From: the human T2T-CHM13v2.0 reference genome, Homo sapiens
Strand: one strand, 5' to 3'
DNA: 64,000 bases
Assembly (NCBI RefSeq): GCF_009914755.1
Contig: NC_060940.1
Under the pieces are notes generated by a model, which saw only the letters and a list, made by a program, of their open reading frames with translations, was not told where the DNA came from and made no database searches. This document shows positions 51,401 to 62,839 of this stretch, one piece after another (the stretch's first letter is position 1; every line of letters begins with the position of its first letter). Position numbers and translations under genes: made by a program.

Positions 51401-54400
51401 ACAGAATGATTCTCAGAAACTCCTTTGTGATGTGTGCGTTCAACTCACAGAGTTTAACCTTTCTTTTCACAGAGCAGTTAGGAAACACTCTGTTTGTGAA
51501 GCCTGCCAGTGGATATTCGGACCTCTTTGAGGCCTTCGTTGGAAACGGGATTTCTTCGTATTATGCTAGACAGAAGATTTCTCAGTAACTTCTTTGTGTT
51601 GTGTGTATGCAACTCACAGAGTTCAACCTTCCTTTAGACAGAGCAGATTTGAAACACTCTTTTTGTGGAATTTGCAAGTGGAGATTTCAAGCGCTTCGAT
51701 GCCAATGGTAGAAAAGGAAATATCTTCGTATAAAAACAAGACAAACTCGTTCCCAGACACTGCGTAGTGATGTGTGTGTTTAACTCACAGAGTTTAACCT
51801 TTCTTTTCATACAGCATTCTGGAAACCCTCTGTTTGTAAAGTCTGCAAGTGGATATTTGGACCTCTTAGATGCCTTCGTTGGAAACGGGATTTCTTCATA
51901 TAATGCTAGAGGGAAGAATTCTTAGTAACTTCTTTGTGTTGTGTGTATTCAACTGACAGAGTTGAACCTTCCTTTAGACAGAGCAGATTTGAAAGTCTCT
52001 TTTTGTGGAATTTGCAAGTGGAGATTTCAAGCGCTTTGAGGCCAAAAGCAGAAAAGGAAATATTTTCCTATAAAAACTCGACAGAATCATTCTCAGAAAC
52101 TGCTCTGTGATGTGTGCGTTCAACTCACAGAGTTTAACTTTTCTTTTCATTCAGCAGTTTGGAAACACTGTTTGGAAAGTCTGCACGTGGATATTTTGAC
52201 CTCTTTGAGGCCTTCGTTGGAAACGGGTTTTTTTCATGTAAGGCTAGACAGAAGAAATCTCAGTAACTTCCTTGTGTTGTGTGTATTCAACTGACAGAGT
52301 TGAACCTTCCTTTAGACAGAGCAGATTCGAAACACTCTTTTTCTGCAATTTGCAAGTGGAGACTTCAAGCGCTTTGAGGCCAAAGGCAGAAAAGGAAATA
52401 TCTTCGTATAAAAACCCGACAGAATCATTCTCAGAAACTGCTCTGTGATGTGTGCGTTCAACTCACAGAGTTTAACTTTTCTTTTCATTCAGCAGTTTGG
52501 AAACACTCTGTTTGTAAAGTCTGCAAGTGGATATCTTGGCCTCTTAGAGGCCTTCGTTGGAAACGGGTTTTTTCATGTAAGGATAGACAGAGGAATTCCC
52601 AGTAACTTCCTTGTGTTGTGTGCATTCAACTCACAGAGTTGAATGATTCTTTACACAGAGCAGATTTGAGACACTCTTTGGGTGGCATTTGTAAGTGGAG
52701 AATTCAGCCGCTTTGAGGTCAACGGTAGAAAAGGAAATATCTTCGTATAAAATCTAGACAGAATGATTCTCAGAAACTGTTTTTTGATGTGTGCGTTCAA
52801 CTCACAGAGTTTAACCTTTCTTTTCAGAGAGCAGTTAGGAAACACTCTGTTTGTAAAGTCTGCAAGTGGATATTCAGACCTCTTTGAGGCCTTCGTTGGA
52901 AACGGGATTTCTTCATATTATGCTAGACAGATGAATTCTCAGTAACTTCCTTGTGTTGTGTGTATTCAACTCACAGAGTTGAACGATCCTTTACACAGAG
53001 CAGATTTGAAACACTGTTTTTCTGGAATTTGCAAGTGGAGATTTCAGCCGCTTTGAGGTCAATGGTAGAAAAGGAAATATCTTCGTATAAAAACTAGACA
53101 GAATGATTCTCAGAAACTCCTTTGTGATGTGTGCGTTCAACTCACAGAGTTTAACCTCTCTTTTCACAGAGCAGTTAGGAAACACTCTGTTTGTGAAGCC
53201 TGCCAGTGGATAATCGGACCTCTTTGAGGCCTTCGTTGGAAACGGGATTTCTTCATATTATGCTAGACAGAAGATTTCTCAGTAACTTCTTTGTGTTGTG
53301 TGTATGCAACTTACAGAGTTCAACCTTCCTTTAGAGAGAGCATATTTGAAACACTCTTTTTGTGGAATTTGCAAGTGGAGATTTCAAGCGCTTCGATGCA
53401 AATGGTAGAAAAGGAAATATCTTCGTAGAAAAACAAGACAAACTCGTTCCCAGACACTGCGTAGTGATGTGTGTGTTTAACTCACAGAGTTTAACCTTTC
53501 TTTTCATACAGCATTCTGGAAACCCTGTGTTTGTAAAGTCTGCAAGTGGATATTTGGACCTTTTAGATGCCTTCGTTGGAAACGGGATTTCTTCATATAA
53601 TGCTAGAGGGAAGAATTCTTAGTAACTTCTTTGTGTTGTGTGTATTCAACTGACAGAGTTGAACCTTCCTTTAGACAGAGCAGATTTGAAAGTCTCTTTT
53701 TGTGGAATTTGCAAGTGGAGATTTCAAGCGCTTTGAGGCCAAAAGCAGAAAAGGAAATATTTTCCTATAAAAACTCGACAGAATCATTCTCAGGAACTGC
53801 TCTGTGATGTGTGCGTTCAACTCACAGAGTTTAACTTTTCTTTTCATTCAGCAGTTTGGAAACACTGTTTGGAAAGTCTGCACGTGGATATTTTGACCTC
53901 TTTGAGGCCTTCGTTGGAAACGGGTTTTTTTCATGTAAGGCTAGACAGAAGAAATCTCAGTAACTTCCTTGTGTTGTGTGTATTCAACTGACAGAGTTGA
54001 ACCTTCCTTTAGACAGAGCAGATTCGAAACACTCTTTTTCTGCAATTTGCAAGTGGAGACTTCAAGCGCTTTGAGGCCAAAGGCAGAAAAGGAAATATCT
54101 TCGTATAAAAACCCGACAGAATCATTCTCAGAAACTGCTCTGTGATGTGTGCGTTCAACTCACAGAGTTTAACTTTTCTTTTCATTCAGCAGTTTGGAAA
54201 CACTCTGTTTGTAAAGTCTGCCAGTGGATATCTTGGCCTCTTAGAGGCCTTCGTTGGAAACGGGTTTTTTCATGTAAGGTTAGACAGAGGAATTCCCAGT
54301 AACTTCCTTGTGTTGTGTGCATTCAACTCACAGAGTTGAATGATTCTTTACACAGAGCAGATTTGAGACACTCTTTTGGTGGAATTTGTAAGTGGAGAAT

Positions 54401-55472
54401 TCAGCCGCTTTGAGGTCAACGGTAGAAAAGGAAATATCTTCGTATAAAAACTAGACAGAATGATTCTCAGAAACTGTTTTGTGATGTGTGCGTTCAACTC
54501 ACAGAGTTTAACCTTTCTTTTCAAAGAGCAGTTAGGAAACACTCTGTTTGTAAAGTCTGCAAGTGGATATTCAGACCTCTTTGAGGCCTTCGTTGGAAAC
54601 GGGATTTCTTCATATTATGCTAGACAGATGAATTCTCAGTAACTTCCTTGTGTTGTGTGTATTCAACTCACAGAGTTGAACGATCCTTTACACAGAGCAG
54701 ATTTGAAACACTGTTTTTCTGGAATTTGCAAGTGGAGATTTCAGCCGCTTTGAGGTCAATGGTAGAAAAGGAAATATCTTCGTATAAAAACTAGACAGAA
54801 TGATTCTCAGAAACTCCTTTGTGATGTGTGCGTTCAACTCACAGAGTTTAACCTTTCTTTTCACAGAGCAGTTAGGAAACACTCTGTTTGTGAAGCCTGC
54901 CAGTGGATATTCGGACCTCTTTGAGGCCTTCGTTGGAAACGGGATTTCTTCGTATTATGCTAGACAGAAGATTTCTCAGTAACTTCTTTGTGTTGTGTGT
55001 ATGCAACTCACAGAGTTCAACCTTCCTTTAGACAGAGCAGATTTGAAACACTCTTTTTGTGGAATTTGCAAGTGGAGATTTCAAGCGCTTCGATGCCAAT
55101 GGTAGAAAAGGAAATATCTTCGTATAAAAACAAGACAAACTCGTTCCCAGACACTGCGTAGTGATGTGTGTGTTTAACTCACAGAGTTTAAGCTTTCTTT
55201 TCATACAGCATTCTGGAAACCCTCTGTTTGTAAAGTCTGCAAGTGGATATTTGGACCTCTTAGATGCCTTCGTTGGAAACGGGATTTCTTCATATAATGC
55301 TAGAGGGAAGAATTCTTAGTAACTTCTTTGTGTTGTGTGTATTCAACTGACAGAGTTGAACCTTCCTTTAGACAGAGCAGATTTGAAAGTCTCTTTTTGT
55401 GGAATTTGCAAGTGGAGATTTCAAGCGCTTTGAGGCCAAAAGCAGAAAAGGAAATATTTTCCTATAAAAACT
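48437..55472 (+). repeat. Tandem duplication of a 2-HOR unit (3394-bp period, both HORs with the 2-bp deletion)
   Basis: Paired SNVs: GGTGGCATTTG, AACCTCTC, CTCAGGAACTG, GTCTGCCAG, CTTCGTATTATG. ORF starts 49257/52651 and 50954/54348 are 3394 bp apart. Confidence 0.88.
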
Positions 55473-58400
55473 AGACAGAATCTTTCTCAGAAACTGCTCT
55501 GGGATGTGTGCGTTCAACTCACAGAGTTTAACTTTTCTTTTCATTCAGCAGTTTGGAAACACTCTGTTTGGAAAGTCTGCACGTGGATATTTTGACCTCT
55601 TTGAGGCCTTCGTTGGAAACGGGTTTTTTTCATGTAAGGCTAGACAGAAGAAATCTCAGTAACTTCCTTGTGTTGTGTGTATTCAACTGACAGAGTTGAA
55701 CCTTCCTTTAGACAGAGCAGATTCGAAACACTCTTTTTCTGCAATTTGCAAGTGGAGACTTCAAGCGCTTTGAGGCCAAAGGCAGAAAAGGAAATATCTT
55801 CGTATAAAAACCCGACAGAATCATTCTCAGAAACTGCTCTGTGATGTGTGCGTTCAACTCACAGAGTTTAACTTTTCTTTTCATTCAACAGTTTGGAAAC
55901 ACTCTGTTTGTAAAGTCTGCAAGTGGATATCTTGGCCTCTTAGAGGCCTTCGTTGGAAACGGGTTTTTTCATTTAAGGTTAGACAGAGGAATTCCCAGTA
56001 ACTTCCTTGTGTTGTGTGCATTCAACTCACAGAGTTGAATGATTCTTTACACAGAGCAGATTTGAGACACTCTTTGGGTGGAATTTGTAAGTGGAGAATT
56101 CAGCCGCTTTGAGGTCAACGGTAGAAAAGGAAATATCTTCGTATAAAATCTAGACAGAATGATTCTCAGAAACTGTTTTTTGATGTGTGCGTTCAACTCA
56201 CAGAGTTTAACCTTTCTTTTCAAAGAGCAGTTAGGAAACACTCTGTTTGTAAAGTCTGCAAGTGGATATTCAGACCTCTTTGAGGCCTTCGTTGGAAACG
56301 GGATTTCTTCATATTATGCTAGACAGATGAATTCTCAGTAACTTCCTTGTGTTGTGTGTATTCAACTCACAGAGTTGAACGATCCTTTACACAGAGCAGA
56401 TTTGAAACATTGTTTTTCTGGAATTTGCAAGTGGAGATTTCAGCCGCTTTGAGGTCAATGGTAGAAAAGGAAATATCTTCGTATAAAAACTAGACAGAAT
56501 GATTCTCAGAAACTCCTTTGTGATGTGTGCGTTCAACTCACAGAGTTTAACCTTTCTTTTCACAGAGCAGTTAGGAAACACTCTGTTTGTGAAGCCTGCC
56601 AGTGGATATTCGGACCTCTTTGAGGCCTTCGTTGGAAACGGGATTTCTTCATATTATGCTAGACAGAAGATTTCTCAGTAACTTCTTTGTGTTGTGTGTA
56701 TGCAACTTACAGAGTTCAACCTTCCTTTAGAGAGAGCATATTTGAAACACTCTTTTTGTGGAATTTGCAAGTGGAGATTTCAAGCGCTTCGATGCAAATG
56801 GTAGAAAAGGAAATATCTTCGTAGAAAAACAAGACAAACTCGTTCCCAGACACTGCGTAGTGATGTGTGTGTTTAACTCACAGAGTTTAACCTTTCTTTT
56901 CATACAGCATTCTGGAAACCCTGTGTTTGTAAAGTCTGCAAGTGGATATTTGGACCTCTTAGATGCCTTCGTTGGAAACGGGATTTCTTCATATAATGCT
57001 AGAGGGAAGAATTCTTAGTAACTTCTTTGTGTTGTGTGTATTCAACTGACAGAGTTGAACCTTCCTTTAGACAGAGCAGATTTGAAAGTCTCTTTTTGTG
57101 GAATTTGCAAGTGGAGATTTCAAGCGCTTTGAGGCCAAAAGCAGAAAAGGAAATATTTTCCTATAAAAACTAGACAGAATCTTTCTCAGAAACTGCTCTG
57201 GGATGTGTGCGTTCAACTCACAGAGTTTAACTTTTCTTTTCATTCAGCAGTTTGGAAACACTCTGTTTGGAAAGTCTGCACGTGGATATTTTGACCTCTT
57301 TGAGGCCTTCGTTGGAAACGGGTTTTTTTCATGTAAGGCTAGACAGAAGAAATCTCAGTAACTTCCTTGTGTTGTGTGTATTCAACTGACAGAGTTGAAC
57401 CTTCCTTTAGACAGAGCAGATTCGAAACACTCTTTTTCTGCAATTTGCAAGTGGAGACTTCAAGCGCTTTGAGGCCAAAGGCAGAAAAGGAAATATCTTC
57501 GTATAAAAACCCGACAGAATCATTCTCAGAAACTGCTCTGTGATGTGTGCGTTCAACTCACAGAGTTTAACTTTTCTTTTCATTCAGCAGTTTGGAAACA
57601 CTCTGTTTGTAAAGTCTGCAAGTGGATATCTTGGCCTCTTAGAGGCCTTCGTTGGAAACGGGTTTTTTCATGTAAGGATAGACAGAGGAATTCCCAGTAA
57701 CTTCCTTGTGTTGTGTGCATTCAACTCACAGAGTTGAATGATTCTTTACACAGAGCAGATTTGAGACACTCTTTGGGTGGCATTTGTAAGTGGAGAATTC
57801 AGCCGCTTTGAGGTCAACGGTAGAAAAGGAAATATCTTCGTATAAAATCTAGACAGAATGATTCTCAGAAACTGTTTTTTGATGTGTGCGTTCAACTCAC
57901 AGAGTTTAACCTTTCTTTTCAGAGAGCAGTTAGGAAACACTCTGTTTGTAAAGTCTGCAAGTGGATATTCAGACCTCTTTGAGGCCTTCGTTGGAAACGG
58001 GATTTCTTCATATTATGCTAGACAGATGAATTCTCAGTAACTTCCTTGTGTTGTGTGTATTCAACTCACAGAGTTGAACGATCCTTTACACAGAGCAGAT
58101 TTGAAACACTGTTTTTCTGGAATTTGCAAGTGGAGATTTCAGCCGCTTTGAGGTCAATGGTAGAAAAGGAAATATCTTCGTATAAAAACTAGACAGAATG
58201 ATTCTCAGAAACTCCTTTGTGATGTGTGCGTTCAACTCACAGAGTTTAACCTCTCTTTTCACAGAGCAGTTAGGAAACACTCTGTTTGTGAAGCCTGCCA
58301 GTGGATAATCGGACCTCTTTGAGGCCTTCGTTGGAAACGGGATTTCTTCATATTATGCTAGACAGAAGATTTCTCAGTAACTTCTTTGTGTTGTGTGTAT

Positions 58401-61400
58401 GCAACTTACAGAGTTCAACCTTCCTTTAGAGAGAGCATATTTGAAACACTCTTTTTGTGGAATTTGCAAGTGGAGATTTCAAGCGCTTCGATGCAAATGG
58501 TAGAAAAGGAAATATCTTCGTATAAAAACAAGACAAACTCGTTCCCAGACACTGCGTAGTGATGTGTGTGTTTAACTCACAGAGTTTAACCTTTCTTTTC
58601 ATACAGCATTCTGGAAACCCTGTGTTTGTAAAGTCTGCAAGTGGATATTTGGACCTTTTAGATGCCTTCGTTGGAAACGGGATTTCTTCATATAATGCTA
58701 GAGGGAAGAATTCTTAGTAACTTCTTTGTGTTGTGTGTATTCAACTGACAGAGTTGAACCTTCCTTTAGACAGAGCAGATTTGAAAGTCTCTTTTTGTGG
58801 AATTTGCAAGTGGAGATTTCAAGCGCTTTGAGGCCAAAAGCAGAAAAGGAAATATTTTCCTATAAAAACTCGACAGAATCATTCTCAGAAACTACTCTGT
58901 GATGTGTGCGTTCAACTCACAGAGTTTAACTTTTCTTTTCATTCAGCAGTTTGGAAACACTGTTTGGAAAGTCTGCACGTGGATATTTTGACCTCTTTGA
59001 GGCCTTCGTTGGAAACGGGTTTTTTTCATGTAAGGCTAGACAGAAGAAATCTCAGTAACTTCCTTGTGTTGTGTGTATTCAACTGACAGAGTTGAACCTT
59101 CCTTTAGACAGAGCAGATTCGAAACACTCTTTTTCTGCAATTTGCAAGTGGAGACTTCAAGCGCTTTGAGGCCAAAGGCAGAAAAGGAAATATCTTCGTA
59201 GAAAAACCCGACAGAATCATTCTCAGAAACTGCTCTGTGATGTGTGCGTTCAACTCACAGAGTTTAACTTTTCTTTTCATTCAGCAGTTTGGAAACACTC
59301 TGTTTGTAAAGTCTGCAAGTGGATATCTTGGCCTCTTAGAGGCCTTCGTTGGAAACGGGTTTTTTCATGTAAGGTTAGACAGAGGAATTCCCAGTAACTT
59401 CCTTGTGTTGTGTGCATTCAACTCACAGAGTTGAATGATTCTTTACACAGAGCAGATTTGAGACACTCTTTTGGTGGAATTTGTTAGTGGAGAATTCAGC
59501 CGCTTTGAGGTCAACGGTAGAAAAGGAAATATCTTCGTATAAAAACTAGACAGAATGATTCTCAGAAACTGTTTTGTGATGTGTCCGTTCAACTCACAGA
59601 GTTTAACCTTTCTTTTCAAAGAGCAGTTAGGAAACATTCTGTTTGTAAAGTCTGCAAGTGGATATTCAGACCTCTTTGAGGCCTTCGTTGGAAACGGGAT
59701 TTCTTCATATTATGCTAGACAGATGAATTCTCAGTAACTTCCTTGTGTTGTGTGTATTCAACTCACAGAGTTGAACGATCCTTTACACAGAGCAGATTTG
59801 AAACACTGTTTTTCTGGAATTTGCAAGTGGAGATTTCAGCCGCTTTGAGGTCAATGGTAGAAAAAGAAATATCTTCGTATAAAAACTAGACAGAATGATT
59901 CTCAGAAACTCCTTTGTGATGTGTGCGTTCAACTCACAGAGTTTAACCTTTCTTTTCACAGAGCAGTTAGGAAACACTCTGTTTGTGAAGCCTGCCAGTG
60001 GATATTCGGACCTCTTTGAGGCCTTCGTTGGAAACGGGATTTCTTCATATTATGCTAGACAGAAGATTTCTCAGTAACTTCTTTGTGTTGTGTGTATGCA
60101 CCTCACAGAGTTCAACCTTCCTTTAGACAGAGCAGATTTGAAACACTCTTTTTGTGGAATTTGCAAGTGGAGATTTCAAGCGCTTCGATGCCAATGGTAG
60201 AAAAGGAAATATCTTCGTATAAAAACAAGACAAACTCGTTCCCAGACACTGCGTAGTGATGTGTGTGTTTAACTCACAGAGTTTCACCTTTCTTTTCATA
60301 CAGCATTCTGGAAACCCTCTGTTTGTAAAGTCTGCAAGTGGATATTTGGACCTCTTAGATGCCTTCGTTGGAAACGGGATTTCTTCATATAATGCTAGAG
60401 GGAAGAATTCTTAGTAACTTCTTTGTGTTGTGTGTATTCAACTGACAGAGTTGAACCTTCCTTTAGACAGAGCAGATTTGAAAGTCTCTTTTTGTGGAAT
60501 TTGCAAGTGGAGATTTCAAGCGCTTTGAGGCCAAAAGCAGAAAAGGAAATATTTTCCTATAAAAACTAGACAGAATCATTCTCAGAAACTGCTCTGTGAT
60601 GTGTGTGTTCAACTCACAGAGTTTAACTTTTCTTTTCATTCAGCAGTTTGGAAACACTCTGTTTGGAAAGTCTGCACGTGGATATTTTGACCTCTTTGAG
60701 GCCTTCGTTGGAAACGGGTTTTTTTCATGTAAGGCTAGACAGAAGAAATCTCAGTAACTTCCTTGTGTTGTGTGTATTCAACTGACAGAGTTGAACCTTC
60801 CTTTAGACAGAGCAGATTCGAAACACTCTTTTTCTGCAATTTGCAAGTGGAGACTTCAAGCGCTTTGAGGCCAAAGGCAGAAAAGGAAATATCTTCGTAG
60901 AAAAACCCGACAGAATCATTCTCAGAAACTGCTCTGTGATGTGTGCGTTCAACTCACAGAGTTTAACTTTTCTTTTCATTCAGCAGTTTGGAAACACTCT
61001 GTTTGTAAAGTCTGCAAGTGGATATCTTGGCCTCTTAGAGGCCTTCGTTGGAAACGGGTTTTTTCATGTAAGGTTAGACAGAGGAATTCCCAGTAACTTC
61101 CTTGTGTTGTGTGCATTCAACTCACAGAGTTGAATGATTCTTTACACAGAGCAGATTTGAGACACTCTTTTGGTGGAATTTGTAAGTGGAGAATTCAGCC
61201 GCTTTGAGGTCAACGGTAGAAAAGGAAATATCTTCGTATAAAAACTAGACAGAATGATTCTCAGAAACTGTTTTGTGATGTGTGCGTTCAACTCACAGAG
61301 TTTAACCTTTCTTTTCAAAGAGCAGTTAGGAAACACTCTGTTAGTAAAGTCTGCAAGTGGATATTCAGACCTCTTTGAGGCCTTCGTTGGAAACGGGATT

Positions 61401-62839
61401 TCTTCATATTATGCTAGACAGATGAATTCTCAGTAACTTCCTTGTGTTGTGTGTATTCAACTCACAGAGTTGAACGATCCTTTACACAGAGCAGATTTGA
61501 AACACTGTTTTTCTGGAATTTGCAAGTGGAGATTTCAGCCGCTTTGAGGTCAATGGTAGAAAAGGAAATATCTTCGTATAAAAACTAGACAGAATGATTC
61601 TCAGAAACTCCTTTGTGATGTGTGCGTTCAACTCACAGAGTTTAACCTTTCTTTTCACAGAGCAGTTAGGAAACACTCTGTTTGTGAAGCCTGCCAGTGG
61701 ATATTCGGACCTCTTTGAGGCCTTCGTTGGAAACAGGATTTCTTCGTATTATGCTAGACAGAAGATTTCTCAGTAACTTCTTTGTGTTGTGTGTATGCAA
61801 CTCACAGAGTTCAACCTTCCTTTAGACAGAGCAGATTTGAAACACTCTTTTTGTGGAATTTGCAAGTGGAGATTTCAAGCGCTTCGATGCCAATGGTAGA
61901 AAAGGAAATATCTTCGTATAAAAACAAGACAAACTCGTTCCCAGACACTGCGTAGTGATGTGTGTGTTTAACTCACAGAGTTTAACCTTTCTTTTCATAC
62001 AGCATTCTGGAAACCCTCTGTTTGTAAAGTCTGCAAGTGGATATTTGGACCTCTTAGATGCCTTCGTTGGAAACGGGATTTCCTCATATAATGCTAGAGG
62101 GAAGAATTCTTAGTAACTTCTTTGTGTTGTGTGTATTCAACTGACAGAGTTGAACCTTCCTTTAGACAGAGCAGATTTGAAAGTCTCTTTTTGTGGAATT
62201 TGCAAGTGGAGATTTCAAGCGCTTTGAGGCCAAAAGCAGAAAAGGAAATATTTTCCTATAAAAATTAGACAGAATCTTTCTCAGAAACTGCTCTGGGATG
62301 TGTGCGTTCAACTCACAGAGTTTAACTTTTCTTTTCATTCAGCAGTTTGGAAACACTCTGTTTGGAAAGTCTGCACGTGGATATTTTGACCTCTTTGAGG
62401 CCTTCGTTGGAAACGGGTTTTTTTCATGTAAGGCTAGACAGAAGAAATCTCAGTAACTTCCTTGTGTTGTGTGTATTCAACTGACAGAGTTGAACCTTCC
62501 TTTAGACAGAGCAGATTCGAAACACTCTTTTTCTGCAATTTGCAAGTGGAGACTTCAAGCGCTTTGAGGCCAAAGGCAGAAAAGGAAATATCTTCGTATA
62601 AAAACCCGACAGAATCATTCTCAGAAACTGCTCTGTGATGTGTGCGTTCAACTCACAGAGTTTAACTTTTCTTTTCATTCAGCAGTTTGGAAACACTCTG
62701 TTTGTAAAGTCTGCAAGTGGATATCTTGGCCTCTTAGAGGCCTTCGTTGGAAACGGGTTTTTTCATGTAAGGATAGACAGAGGAATTCCCAGTAACTTCC
62801 TTGTGTTGTGTGCATTCAACTCACAGAGTTGAATGATTC

